Source: Ignisphaera sp. (GTDB taxonomy: Archaea > Thermoproteota > Thermoprotei_A > Sulfolobales > Ignisphaeraceae). From it: a stretch of 64,000 bases of DNA. How positions within the stretch are numbered: position 1 is the stretch's first letter; the number at the start of each line of letters is the position of its first letter. Below are positions 30,779-41,351 of this stretch, in pieces. Made by a program: the position numbers and the translations under genes. The stretch lies in contig JAWAHS010000001.1 in NCBI GenBank assembly GCA_038889075.1, forward strand, positions 64,001 to 128,000, written 5' to 3'. Under the pieces are notes generated by a model. That model worked only from the letters and a program-made list of their open reading frames with translations. It was not told the origin of the DNA and made no database searches.

Positions 30779-33484
30779 TTAATGTCCAACAGGTATAGTT
30801 ATTGTAGCACTGCTTTTATTCTCTATGGTTTTTTTAACCATGTCTTGCAATTTTGCTATAAGCCTTCTCTTATCATCCATTAAAACTACATCGCTATATC
30901 CGTATGCAATAATACCATGGGCAAATGGGCTTGGAGCATAGTGGCTATATATTATGTCTACAGATATTTCACCACGTTCAATTTTTTCAATAACATCTCT
31001 AGCGTGTGTGAGGTCCATGACATCCTCAAGTATTTCTCTATAGGTTTCTTCAATTATTGGAAAGTTAGGGAAGGATTCCACGATTTGAATAAGTTTCTCG
31101 GAATTTATCTGTCTTCTAGTTAAAGAGACGTCAACGCCCTTATACCTTCTAAGTAGCATGAAAGATCTTTCTGCACAGTGTCTAAATCTCTTCTTAAATA
31201 ACTCCGTTCTTCTAATAGCCTTACGGGCAATTTCTTCAACATTATCTGGTTTGACATATCTCACAACCTCTTCAATTGTTTTTCTATCAATGTTTGTAGA
31301 GATTGTTAGCATAAAACCGTTGTCTGTTACGGTAATCTTAACGCTTTCGCCAATGATAGACGCAAGTGTGTATGCATATACACGAGAGAGCACATCGTTA
31401 ACCCGTCTACCAAATAGTGAATGAAATATTATGTTAGTGGCCCCTTTTTCATTATCAGACCATAATTCGATTAGTATATTGGTATCTGATGGAATCTTTC
31501 CATCTGTAAATAGTATTTGCTGATAAATATAGTCATAAATGTACTCAGCAGCGTGTATTTCCACTCCGTATGTATCTACAATCCATTTAGTAACCATTTC
31601 CCTAGGTAAGTGGTTTATCATGTCAGCTATACTCTTTCTGAATCTGCCCACTTCTAGGGCAGAATCATAAGCGAGAGGTAGCATCTCTGAGAACCATGTA
31701 GGAACAGTAGGGCGTTCGCCTTCAGCAGGTTCAACAATTACCAGTGTTGGTTGTATTGCTAAAACTCTATATGTTTTACCACCAAGTACTATTATATCAT
31801 TAGGTGATAGAATCTCTACAAAGCCTTCCTCAAGATCGCCGACATACTGTTTTTTACCGTTTAAGAGAGATACCACAGAAATCTTGGCCTCATCAGGTAT
31901 TGTACCAACATTTAATTGGTATATCATCCTAGAACCCCTTCTTTTACCGATGACTCGTGTCGACTCATCGTATCTAATCTTTGCATATACATTATAGTCC
32001 TCTAGACCAGGATACCTTCCAGAAAGATAGTTAATTACATTCATGAATTCTTTCTCCGACAAATCATGGTATGGATAACTTCGCTTCACAATTTTAATAA
32101 CTTCATCTACAGTTCTAGGTTTTTCAAGCGACATTCCAACTATGTGCTGCGTTAAAACATCAAGTGGTTTTTGAGGTATCTTAATCTTGTCAATTTTTCT
32201 CTCCCTAGCAAGCTTTGCTAGTACAGTACACTCGACAAGATCATCTCTATCGACAACTATTATCGCACCCTTACTTATAGCATATGCATTATGGCCAGCT
32301 CTACCAACTCGCTGTAGAAGTCTGGTAACGCTCTTTGGGCTACTTAATAATAAAACAAGATCTATATAGCCAACATCTATGCCAAGTTCAAGACTAGTCG
32401 ATGATACAACAACTCTAAGTTGACCCTGTTTAAGTTTTTCTTCAACATCGAGTCGTACATCTCTGCTTAGACTACTATGATGAGCCTCGATTTCATCAGC
32501 ATTTAAAATACCATTGCTACTGAGTAGTTTCTTCAACTTATATACTACTCTCTCAGTAGCACTCCTTGTATTTGTAAATAGCAAAGTTGTTCTGTGCTGT
32601 AGAATAAGCTTTGAGGAGATCTCATATATAGATTCATTTAATATAGAGGTTGGGGTGTATACCAGATCCATGACGGGGCACAGAACCTTCACATCAATAG
32701 GTTTAGAAAATCTCGCATCAGCTATTACAATGGGTCTAGGATTACCATCGTCTCTATATCCCGCTAGAAACCTGGCAACATCTTCTAAAGGAGATATTGT
32801 AGCACTTAGACCAATCCTTTGAAAGTCCCTTCCAGTTAAATCAACGAGTCTTTCGAGAGAGAGCATTAAATGTGAACCACGTTTACTGCCAGCTAATTCG
32901 TGAACCTCATCTACTATAACACATCTAACGGTAGCTAGTTTTTCACGAAATCTAGTAGCATTTAATGCTAAGGCAAGGCTTTCGGGTGTTGTTATTAATA
33001 TATGTGGTGGTGATCTCAACATTTTAGATTTTTCACTAGGCAATGTATCACTTGTTCTAACAGCTGTACGAATATCAATATTAATGCCGTAGTGTTCTGC
33101 TATTTTAGAGCGCAACTCGGTAAGAGGCACGATTAAGTTTTTATACATATCGTTATTAAGGGCTCGAAGAGGTGAAACGTAAATTATGTATATATTATTC
33201 TCTAATTTATTATCTATGCCAAGCCTAAATAGGTCATCGAGAAGTGGGAGGAAGACGGCTAGTGTCTTGCCTGTGCCAGTAGGGCTAGATACTAGTACAT
33301 TAAAACCATGCTTAATATATGGGATAACCATTTTCTGAGGAAGGGTTAAGGTACCAAATCTATACTTAAACCATGAAGCCACGGGTTCTAGTAGAAGGCG
33401 AAGAATGTATTCTTCTGCAAATTCCTTTGCATATGCAATGCCATTTACGAATTCTATGGGAGCATTATTCAATTGATTATTCAT
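30779..33484 (-). CDS. lhr: Lhr-family SF2 helicase
   Basis: SPTGTGKT, SPLRALNND, TTPESL, DEVH, SAT, HHSSL, LELGID, QRVGRAGH, PTWFSE. Confidence 0.94.
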   Translation of the reverse strand: MNNQLNNAPIEFVNGIAYAKEFAEEYILRLLLEPVASWFKYRFGTLTLPQKMVIPYIKHGFNVLVSSPTGTGKTLAVFLPLLDDLFRLGIDNKLENNIYIIYVSPLRALNNDMYKNLIVPLTELRSKIAEHYGINIDIRTAVRTSDTLPSEKSKMLRSPPHILITTPESLALALNATRFREKLATVRCVIVDEVHELAGSKRGSHLMLSLERLVDLTGRDFQRIGLSATISPLEDVARFLAGYRDDGNPRPIVIADARFSKPIDVKVLCPVMDLVYTPTSILNESIYEISSKLILQHRTTLLFTNTRSATERVVYKLKKLLSSNGILNADEIEAHHSSLSRDVRLDVEEKLKQGQLRVVVSSTSLELGIDVGYIDLVLLLSSPKSVTRLLQRVGRAGHNAYAISKGAIIVVDRDDLVECTVLAKLARERKIDKIKIPQKPLDVLTQHIVGMSLEKPRTVDEVIKIVKRSYPYHDLSEKEFMNVINYLSGRYPGLEDYNVYAKIRYDESTRVIGKRRGSRMIYQLNVGTIPDEAKISVVSLLNGKKQYVGDLEEGFVEILSPNDIIVLGGKTYRVLAIQPTLVIVEPAEGERPTVPTWFSEMLPLAYDSALEVGRFRKSIADMINHLPREMVTKWIVDTYGVEIHAAEYIYDYIYQQILFTDGKIPSDTNILIELWSDNEKGATNIIFHSLFGRRVNDVLSRVYAYTLASIIGESVKITVTDNGFMLTISTNIDRKTIEEVVRYVKPDNVEEIARKAIRRTELFKKRFRHCAERSFMLLRRYKGVDVSLTRRQINSEKLIQIVESFPNFPIIEETYREILEDVMDLTHARDVIEKIERGEISVDIIYSHYAPSPFAHGIIAYGYSDVVLMDDKRRLIAKLQDMVKKTIENKSSATITIPVGH

Positions 33485-33651
33485 TCAATGATGCACCGGT
33501 AGCATTAATGCATTTAGCTAAATAACCTATTGCTCAAACCTATTTACTACTTATATACTAAACGTTATTAAGTGTTAGGCATATGACAATACAATTTCAT
33601 TTACGGCTTAAACCGATAAGGTGAATAGCTAAAATGGAAGATGGATGCAAT

Positions 33652-33897
33652 TTACAGTCCAATGTTAGATAACGCTTCTCTTATGTTAGGTGGTAGTGAT
33701 ATGAAGTCTATTTCTTCAGCTTTTGCTACATTATACTCCCATTCCTTTTCATTTCCATCGGGCAGCACATATGTATGCTTCGTCGTGTATATGGGGACTA
33801 CAAAGAGTTTTCCATCCTCAGATCTGCAGAGTTCAACAACTATTCTCTTATTTCCTTTTTTAACTAGGTATACTTTCTCTATGGTAACCTTAATCAT
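33652..33897 (-). CDS. Conserved hypothetical protein
   Basis: 81-aa ORF whose ATG overlaps the stop of the upstream gene. Confidence 0.7.
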   Translation of the reverse strand: MIKVTIEKVYLVKKGNKRIVVELCRSEDGKLFVVPIYTTKHTYVLPDGNEKEWEYNVAKAEEIDFISLPPNIREALSNIGL

Positions 33898-34627
33898 TTT
33901 TACCCACTTCAATCTCTTTTTCAGCCGAGCTGGTTTTTAAGCTCTTTAGTATATTTTCCTGGAGAGTAAAGAAGTGTCTAGAAACCTCAACTATATAGTT
34001 TGTTGATGGTAAGGCTTTAGGTATACCGATATCAAGAGCTATTACATTCTTAGCCATACTCAACTCCATATCAGTTCTTATCTTGCCTGAGGATATCCTA
34101 GATCCTACTTCGTATGCAATTACAAACTTTACAAATCTCCTTGTCGTTTCTTGAAACTCTGGGAATAGTATATAGAGCTTTTTAATTGATGCAATCATGG
34201 TTTTGTAGTCTATAAAACTGAAATAGTATAATGTGAATACGAATCTTAACACCCTAGCTATAAAGGCTTCATCAATACTTTTGCAAATCTCCTCGATATT
34301 TCTGCAGGCTTCGTCTCTGGTGCTAGCTTGCATAATATTATTGTAGAGTTTCTCAAATAACATCTCTTTATTGAATAGCGAGTTAATGATTTCTATAGGC
34401 ACCTCTTTATCTAATCCCAAACCCCACTTTCCGATTACATAGATTGTTATCATCTCTTTATCGTAGATATCAGATGGACTACTAGCTCCTCTTATAGGCT
34501 CGACATTCATGTTCTTATACACATCCTTTATAATGTTGATTACATCTTCTCTGTTTAGAATATTAGATCTGAGAATCTCACCCCATACATTTACAGCGGC
34601 CATTATTCTAAGTCTCTTAATGTTCAT
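33890..34627 (-). CDS. DUF2192-like crenarchaeal protein
   Basis: PIRG..P.DIYDKEMITIYVIGKWGLGL pattern recalled from DUF2192. Confidence 0.7.
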   Translation of the reverse strand: MNIKRLRIMAAVNVWGEILRSNILNREDVINIIKDVYKNMNVEPIRGASSPSDIYDKEMITIYVIGKWGLGLDKEVPIEIINSLFNKEMLFEKLYNNIMQASTRDEACRNIEEICKSIDEAFIARVLRFVFTLYYFSFIDYKTMIASIKKLYILFPEFQETTRRFVKFVIAYEVGSRISSGKIRTDMELSMAKNVIALDIGIPKALPSTNYIVEVSRHFFTLQENILKSLKTSSAEKEIEVGKND

Positions 34628-34745
34628 CCGCTATCACCATATTTACCTATATGTTGGACAGTCCTTAGCCCTACACATTTCTTAATGAGGACTAGGTATA
34701 TATATTCAAGATAACTACCTCACAACCGAATTAGGGCTGTTTTAT

Positions 34746-36299
34746 ATGGTGAAGGAAATCGATGTTGATATTATTATAACGTCTGATAGATCGATGATGA
34801 CAAATCATCACGGCAGAGAATTTCTTGGATTTATGGCAACAGGTCCCGCCATCGGAATTCCTGAATGGATATGGATGGCAGTGTGCTGTCCAAAACCTCG
34901 TGTGGATGAGTTTGGGAGACCTGTGGAGGCGCCATATGGACTTAGGAAAATAGAAGCAGCACTACAAGATGCAGGATATAATGCCCATATAATAGATCCG
35001 GACCATCTCGATAGATATAAAGATCGTGTTAAAATTCTTATGATAGGTCATCACGATTTCTTTGCCTACGGACCTCCAAGCTCTGAATGGTGGTTGCTAA
35101 CAGGTAGGGAGCCTGTTAATAGAAGAAGCTTCTACAGGCTCATGGAGAGCGACCTCATTAATGCCATGAGGAAACGCGGTGTGAAAATAATTGTTGGTGG
35201 TCCAGCTGCATGGCAATGGCTATGGGAGCCTGGGCTTATTGAGAAATGGAAAATTGATACAGTTATTGAGGGTGAAGCGGATGAATTTATTGTAGATATA
35301 GTATCAAAGCTTTTCAATGGCGAACCCCTTCCAAGATACATATCAATAGGTGCTAGGGAGTCTCCTCCGATAGATAAGATACCCATTATAAAAGGAGCTA
35401 GCGTAAATGGACTTGTAGAAATAACTAGAGGATGCCCGAGGGGGTGTATGTTTTGCAGTGTTACATTGCGACCTTTAAGGCATATGCCTATTGATAGAAT
35501 ATTGAAGGAAATTGAGATAAATTTATTAAACTCTGTAAAAGGAGTCATTCTTCATAGCGAAGATGTACTGCTTTACGGATCCTATGGAATCGAACCTAAT
35601 CCGGATCCCGTATTAAAGCTTCATCAGATGGTTATAGACAGGGTTAAGAGTATTGCATGGGCGCACGCATCATTGGCCTCAATAGTTATAGCCCAGAGGA
35701 AGTATAAGCTCATTTCATCTCTTACAGATATCATATATTCAAAGTTGGAGCAGAACTATCTTGGTGTTGAAGTAGGAATAGAAACCGGATCACCCAGATT
35801 AGCGAAGATCGTTATGCCCGCAAAGGCTCTTCCATTTAAATCTGAAGAGTGGCCTGATGTAGTCGAGGAAGCATTTGCTATAATGCATGAACACCGAATA
35901 ATACCAGCTGCGACATTCATTCTAGGATTTCCAAACGAGGAACCAGATGATGTAGTAAAGACCATCGAACTGCTAGATAGGCTTAAGAAATATAGAAGCA
36001 TTATAGTACCGATGTTATTTGTACCTATGGGTACTCTAAAGCATGAAGAAAGCGGAATTGTTGGAATGAAAATAACGCAAGAACACGCCGAAGCTATGAG
36101 AAGAGCTTTTTGGCACACAGTTACCTGGGCTGAAGATATAATGATCAAATTCTATATGAAAGGGATTAGATACGAGCCTGTAAAACTGATCCTTAAAGCA
36201 TTTCTTTGGTATGCTAAGAGAAGAATGAGAGATATTGAAAAGAAATTCCTTACTAAGTTTACAGGTAAAGAACTATCTATAAAATTGGCACAGGGATAG
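34746..36299 (+). CDS. grsB: GDGT ring synthase (Grs family, GrsB-like), cobalamin-binding radical SAM
   Basis: ITSDRSMMTNHHGREFLGF, APYGLRKIEA, HHDFFAYGPPSS, VGGPAAWQW, CPRGCMFC, GVEVGIETGS match my recollection of Sulfolobus Grs proteins; A versus B assignment less certain. Confidence 0.75.
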   Translation: MVKEIDVDIIITSDRSMMTNHHGREFLGFMATGPAIGIPEWIWMAVCCPKPRVDEFGRPVEAPYGLRKIEAALQDAGYNAHIIDPDHLDRYKDRVKILMIGHHDFFAYGPPSSEWWLLTGREPVNRRSFYRLMESDLINAMRKRGVKIIVGGPAAWQWLWEPGLIEKWKIDTVIEGEADEFIVDIVSKLFNGEPLPRYISIGARESPPIDKIPIIKGASVNGLVEITRGCPRGCMFCSVTLRPLRHMPIDRILKEIEINLLNSVKGVILHSEDVLLYGSYGIEPNPDPVLKLHQMVIDRVKSIAWAHASLASIVIAQRKYKLISSLTDIIYSKLEQNYLGVEVGIETGSPRLAKIVMPAKALPFKSEEWPDVVEEAFAIMHEHRIIPAATFILGFPNEEPDDVVKTIELLDRLKKYRSIIVPMLFVPMGTLKHEESGIVGMKITQEHAEAMRRAFWHTVTWAEDIMIKFYMKGIRYEPVKLILKAFLWYAKRRMRDIEKKFLTKFTGKELSIKLAQG

Positions 36300-36433
36300 T
36301 TATATCAATTAAGAGACGAATGCTATGGTTTCTGTAGCTAAGGTTGATTACATTACACGAATGTTAATAAGATCTGTAAGAGCCTTAGAATTAAAAATCG
36401 GAGATACGGAAAGAAAATTTATAGGGACATAGT

Positions 36434-36919
36434 ATGTCTACTAAGGCTAAGCTACTACTTGGCCTGGCACTGCTGAGAGAATTTCATAATAAGGTTGAGT
36501 ATTATAAGTCGGTTGTTGAAAGGAATATCTATGTATATAGAGAATATGAAAGGAGCTCTAACGACTATAATAGAATTAAAGCTGTAGAGAAGGAGATAAA
36601 AAATCTCGAAGGAGTCTATAAGCAACTTAGCAACACCAATATTTTTCTCGAGTATATAATGTTGCGCCTAGAAACATTAATTACCGCAAACAATATCGCT
36701 GTTAGTATAGCTATGCTAAGGGATGTTGTTAAAATTCTTAGAAGCAGTACGTCAAAAACGATTCCAATACTCACAACTCTTATAGATAAACTCGATGAAT
36801 TGACAAGGATTTTAATTATTGAAACTCAAAATAGGGATCAGCTTAAGAATGCTATAAGTAGTGCCTCTCCCGAGGCTAGGAAAATTATCGATGAAGCCAA
36901 AAAAATAGCCGGTGTATAG
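36434..36919 (+). CDS. Divergent ESCRT-III/CdvB paralog (CdvB3-like)
   Basis: All-helical; LEYIMLRLETL and C-terminal SPEARKIIDEA match the crenarchaeal Snf7/CdvB pattern; lacks the MIM/wH tail. Confidence 0.6.
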   Translation: MSTKAKLLLGLALLREFHNKVEYYKSVVERNIYVYREYERSSNDYNRIKAVEKEIKNLEGVYKQLSNTNIFLEYIMLRLETLITANNIAVSIAMLRDVVKILRSSTSKTIPILTTLIDKLDELTRILIIETQNRDQLKNAISSASPEARKIIDEAKKIAGV

Positions 36920-36932
36920 TAGTGGTAGAGAG

Positions 36933-37466
36933 CTAGACGTCACTATAACCCTTTACATATAGGTAAAGTCTTGCAGTCCTCATAGGTAAGGCAACTTCAA
37001 TAATTTGAATTGGTTTCCATCCAGGAATCTCAAAATCTAGTGTAACTATACGAGTACCTTTCTTCAATTCTGTTTCAAGCTTGGGTTTCAAAGCTCTATT
37101 AACAGATGTAAGCAAATACATGTAAATGATAGTAGCATCGGAGATTGGAGCTTTGAAAAAGTCCTCGTTAATAAATTCAATTCGATTAAGTACAGCCTCA
37201 GTCTTGGCGTTTTCCTTCGCTTTTTCAATTAATGTTGGATTGATTTCTACACATACTCCCTTTTGTGCACCTTCCTTAACAGCTCTGATAACAACACGTC
37301 CGTCTCCGCAACCGAGATCGTAGAATATGTCATTATGCGATATGTTTGCTAGCTTCATAACAATATCAAGTAATTCTTCTCTTGTTGGAACCCATGGAAC
37401 CCTTGCACCCTCATAGTAGCTTGAGACCAAGCCTAACACCTCTTCGTAATCCTGAAATACACTCAT
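36933..37466 (-). CDS. Class I SAM-dependent protein-lysine methyltransferase (aKMT-like)
   Basis: VPWVPT, YDLGCGDGR, ATIIYMYLL, GTRIVTLDF.IPGW; start could be TTG 37430. Confidence 0.8.
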   Translation of the reverse strand: MSVFQDYEEVLGLVSSYYEGARVPWVPTREELLDIVMKLANISHNDIFYDLGCGDGRVVIRAVKEGAQKGVCVEINPTLIEKAKENAKTEAVLNRIEFINEDFFKAPISDATIIYMYLLTSVNRALKPKLETELKKGTRIVTLDFEIPGWKPIQIIEVALPMRTARLYLYVKGYSDV

Positions 37467-37618
37467 ATTTCTGATAACACCTAAAAATTTTTCTGTTATG
37501 ATTGTGTATACAGATGTGAAGCTCCTTATATGTTTGGTTGACAATATCTGTAATAATGGTGTAGTATTATAAAAATGTTATTATGATGGATTAGATTAGA
37601 GATCAATATTTGTAAGAT

Positions 37619-38275
37619 CTATGGTGGGGTGAAGATGTATATGGTATTTCGCGGAACCTCTTTTGCATCAATTGATAATGTATTTGTATTAAGTGTTATC
37701 ACGTTCCAGCTTGGAGGCTTTTGCTGTATAAAATCGTCCACAGGTCTTAAAGGTAGATTGAGTTTTTCAATCCAGTAATGCATTGGTATCACAGTTTTAG
37801 GTTCAAGATTTTCAATTGTTTTCCAAGCACCCTTTGCATCTAATGTAAATGTTCCTCCAACCGGAATCATAAGTATATCTATTAAGCCTAATCTTTTAGA
37901 GTATTCTTTATCAAGCTCGTGACCCAGATCACCTACATGGACAAATGAAACGTTGTCCACATACAATTTATATATTACATTTCTTCCTCTTCTTCTCCCT
38001 TTTTCTTTATCATGGTATGCTTCTATACCTGTGAATTTAATATCGTTCACGGATTCTTCACCTACGTGCATTGAATATACATTAGCACTAGGTTTAGCAA
38101 CTACGGAGTATGCATTATGGTCAAAATGTTCGTGAGTTATAAGGACTATATCAGCTGAAACCTTGGGGGTCTTTATACCAAGGCTTCTTCCATCATGAGG
38201 GTCTATGACTATAACCGTTCCTTTCGATGATACTATTTCAAAACAGGCGTGACCATGCCATCTAACCACAACCAC
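37619..38275 (-). CDS. MBL-fold Zn-dependent hydrolase
   Basis: WHGHACF, IDPH, THEHFDH, HVGDLGH, IPMHY. Confidence 0.88.
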   Translation of the reverse strand: MVVVRWHGHACFEIVSSKGTVIVIDPHDGRSLGIKTPKVSADIVLITHEHFDHNAYSVVAKPSANVYSMHVGEESVNDIKFTGIEAYHDKEKGRRRGRNVIYKLYVDNVSFVHVGDLGHELDKEYSKRLGLIDILMIPVGGTFTLDAKGAWKTIENLEPKTVIPMHYWIEKLNLPLRPVDDFIQQKPPSWNVITLNTNTLSIDAKEVPRNTIYIFTPP

Positions 38276-38384
38276 TATTATCACCTGTCTACAGAATAAA
38301 TACTTTATCAAGCATAAAAACTTGATAAAAGCATAATCTCTTTAACTCCTGTGAAATACGAGAGATAAGTGAGGTGGGAAATTT

Positions 38385-38723
38385 ATGAGTGCAGATCAGC
38401 AGAGTGATGCTAATGATGCTGAGGGCAACATTATTAAGCGTAGATTTGAATCACGTTTACCGCAATATGATAATGAAGCTAAGATTAGACAGGCATTTAT
38501 GATACTTTCACGTGTTATGAATGATCCATCAATACCTAGAAATATAAGGAGGGCGGCCATGTATGCTATAAGGGCATTGGGTGAAAAAAATCTATCACCT
38601 GGTGTTAGGGCAGCAAATGCTGTTGGTATACTTGATGAAGTTAGTCAAGATCCCAACATGCCATTACATGCTAGAACTCTCTTATGGAATGCTATATCAA
38701 TACTTGAGACTATAAAAGATTAA
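38385..38723 (+). CDS. UPF0147 family protein
   Basis: [28 protein letters not shown]. Confidence 0.88.
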   Translation: MSADQQSDANDAEGNIIKRRFESRLPQYDNEAKIRQAFMILSRVMNDPSIPRNIRRAAMYAIRALGEKNLSPGVRAANAVGILDEVSQDPNMPLHARTLLWNAISILETIKD

Positions 38724-38755
38724 AATCGAGGAATTAGCTATGGATACTAGAATGG

Positions 38756-40204
38756 GTGGCTGATGTAATCATGCTGTATAGAGTTAGAGGTCCATATGCT
38801 ACGGCCTTGGCTAAAATAGTTTTAGATTCTGGACACGAACTTGTAGATTTATCTAAGAAACTAGCTGAAAGAATTTCAATGCCCCAAAGAAGTGAGGTGC
38901 TACCCCAGGCAACGGTAAAGGAAAGCGATGAAGATCCTGATGCTCTAATAATTGTAGGATATAGAGATGCTGTTGAGGCCATGCTTATTGAAATGCTAAT
39001 GCGAATACCATTTATAAGTTTCAGATTCGAGGAGCTAGGACCATATACAACAATAGCAGCGAAGCTGAGGGGTTTCGAGAAGGGTCTGTGCATAGCAGAG
39101 GTTCATGGAAGTAAAATTATAGTTCAAGATGTAGGTATGTGTAATGAGAATGAGATTGCTATAGTACATGTTGTGAAACCCGCACTAAAGCAAGATGATA
39201 AGGCTGTAGCACTTCCAGGTGCTGCTATATTAAAGGATACACTGGTTCTTCTGGATGATGGTGGAGGTCGTGTCTACTTTAGCGAACATATAAGAGATTA
39301 TGATAGGAAAGCAACATTGAGTACTATATCGAACCAGTACACAAGACAGGGATTTAGTATTAGGTGGAGAAGCACAGCGCGTTCTGCACCACTAGAGAAA
39401 ATAGTTCACGAAATCGAGGAAGCAGTTAATGAAGCAAAGAAGCTGCGGGATACAAAACCTTCAGAACCAATGATACTCTATCAAGGTGAGGCCATAGCAT
39501 ACATAAAGTTGTCACGTCCATCAAAAGAGTATCTAGATGATGTTAGAAGGTCTATTATACCCACAACACCATATCATCATCAATTAAGGACGTGCGGAAT
39601 ATGTGAAGATGCTATAGACCTCTTAGATACTCTATCCAACTACACGAATGATAGGATTATGATCAAGGCAATAGAAAATTACATTACAAGATCGATACTT
39701 AACAAAAATGTAGTATTGGAACACAATAAACCAGGTGAAAAGACTATAGAGATAGGACCGATAACTATAATGAACTTAATGGAGACCGAATTGGGAACAG
39801 CAATTGTGGGAAAACGTAAAGCTCAAAAAAATGGTATCTATGATGGACTTGATGTAGAAAGAAAAAGTGGAGATATAATCTTTACATTTATACCATTTAA
39901 CAACTGGTTCATCATCCATCGATACACCGATATAGAGGGTAGAGAGAAGGGTCTGTATATCAATATAAACACACCTCCAGAGATATGCTATAATAAAGGT
40001 GTTATTAAATATATAGATCTATTCGTTGATGTTATAGTTGTTGGAAATAGTGTAAAGGTTATTGATATAAACGAACTTGACAAAGCTTATCAGAGAGGAC
40101 TAGTAGATGTAGATACCATGTATATGGTTGAGGAAACAACGAAAAATATAGTTAGTTCTATAAACACTATTCGGAGGGTTCTTGGAAGCCTTTCTCTGCA
40201 GTAG
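38756..40204 (+). CDS. fau-1: FAU-1 RNA-binding ribonuclease (DUF402)
   Basis: RVRGPYATAL, IRWRSTA, LDDVR..PT..HH, GIYDGL, YININTPPE, YIDLFVDV. Confidence 0.85.
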   Translation: MADVIMLYRVRGPYATALAKIVLDSGHELVDLSKKLAERISMPQRSEVLPQATVKESDEDPDALIIVGYRDAVEAMLIEMLMRIPFISFRFEELGPYTTIAAKLRGFEKGLCIAEVHGSKIIVQDVGMCNENEIAIVHVVKPALKQDDKAVALPGAAILKDTLVLLDDGGGRVYFSEHIRDYDRKATLSTISNQYTRQGFSIRWRSTARSAPLEKIVHEIEEAVNEAKKLRDTKPSEPMILYQGEAIAYIKLSRPSKEYLDDVRRSIIPTTPYHHQLRTCGICEDAIDLLDTLSNYTNDRIMIKAIENYITRSILNKNVVLEHNKPGEKTIEIGPITIMNLMETELGTAIVGKRKAQKNGIYDGLDVERKSGDIIFTFIPFNNWFIIHRYTDIEGREKGLYININTPPEICYNKGVIKYIDLFVDVIVVGNSVKVIDINELDKAYQRGLVDVDTMYMVEETTKNIVSSINTIRRVLGSLSLQ

Positions 40205-41192
40205 TCTCAGTATGAGCAACACCAACGGCTCTGATGGCTTTAGCTGTTGCTACTTCAGCTATTTCAGCAGCTTCATAGACAGCATTAATAGCTTCATGCG
40301 ACATTGCAAGAACGCCATGGATGTTTATGCACTTTTGAATAGAGGTTAAAATTTCCTTTGAGATTTCCTCTCTTCCTAATAGAACCTTCATCGCTAGATT
40401 TACATTCAGCGTTGTAAATGCATTAACTGATTTAGAGACATAGGATGAAACTTTTGCAAAAATATCTTTGAACACATTTCTACATTCAATACTATTCTGA
40501 AATGCATCCAGACTAATATTGAGTAATGTATTAGAAACTCTATCGAGAGAATCACCTATGTGTTCAAGACTTTTTAGAACTATTGCGTAGTCTAGGGAGT
40601 ATGGGGGATCTCTGAATGCCGTTCTTTTAATAGTTCTTATGCCAAGGAAATGGAGTCTGTCGAGGTCGTCATCGAGATGTATTACTTCACTTAATTTACT
40701 CTTATCACCTGTATTGAAGTAGTCTATTAGAAAATCAAACATAGTATTTAATGCCGATCTCATTGATGAGATGACTTCGTTTAGATCAGTATTAACCTCA
40801 TCTACGGAGATTTTTATCTTGAATGTTGTGCCATCCATTGCTATGGCCCCGGGTAGACGCATGGCTATGGGGTAGAACGCTTTTCTTATAATATCACGGA
40901 CCTCTTCAACTACTATTATGTCGTAGCCTTCTAAATATCCTGCTATTATAAGCCTTGCCAGGGCCTCAGGATCTTCGTGTTTTATCTTTATGCTATGTAT
41001 TATCCTGTGTTGGGTAGCTGTAAGTGGTTTTATAAGTATGTATCCAGAGCCAAGCGATACTTCAACATTGGATCCTATTCCTAAACCTAAAACGTTTAGC
41101 CATTCCTTTGGTATAGTTATTCCGATACTTCTTTCACCAACTCTAATAATTTTCCTTATATTTGAAGCCGCTATTGTACTCATATTTATCAC
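40167..41192 (-). CDS. AbrB-domain/PhoU-like phosphate uptake regulator
   Basis: RKIIRVGERSIGITIPKEW (AbrB), RLIIAGYLEGYD, DDDLDRL, LEHIGD. Confidence 0.85.
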   Translation of the reverse strand: MINMSTIAASNIRKIIRVGERSIGITIPKEWLNVLGLGIGSNVEVSLGSGYILIKPLTATQHRIIHSIKIKHEDPEALARLIIAGYLEGYDIIVVEEVRDIIRKAFYPIAMRLPGAIAMDGTTFKIKISVDEVNTDLNEVISSMRSALNTMFDFLIDYFNTGDKSKLSEVIHLDDDLDRLHFLGIRTIKRTAFRDPPYSLDYAIVLKSLEHIGDSLDRVSNTLLNISLDAFQNSIECRNVFKDIFAKVSSYVSKSVNAFTTLNVNLAMKVLLGREEISKEILTSIQKCINIHGVLAMSHEAINAVYEAAEIAEVATAKAIRAVGVAHTETTAEKGFQEPSE

Positions 41193-41237
41193 ACATCACT
41201 TGTCTAATTTCGCAACACTTTTCTATAACTCAATATT

Positions 41238-41264
41238 GTTACACTGGTTTATAAACTTTGTAAC
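41238..41264. promoter_or_regulatory. Nested inverted repeat around a palindromic TATA element (candidate operator)
   Basis: GTTACA-ctg-GTTTATAAAC-tt-TGTAAC between the divergent PhoU-like and apgM genes. Confidence 0.4.
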
Positions 41265-41351
41265 TATATATACGGTACATAATGTCGTGAAAATGTTTTA
41301 CCAAACATTTTTATTTTTAGCAACTGCAACATTTCCGGGGTGTAGGCTACT

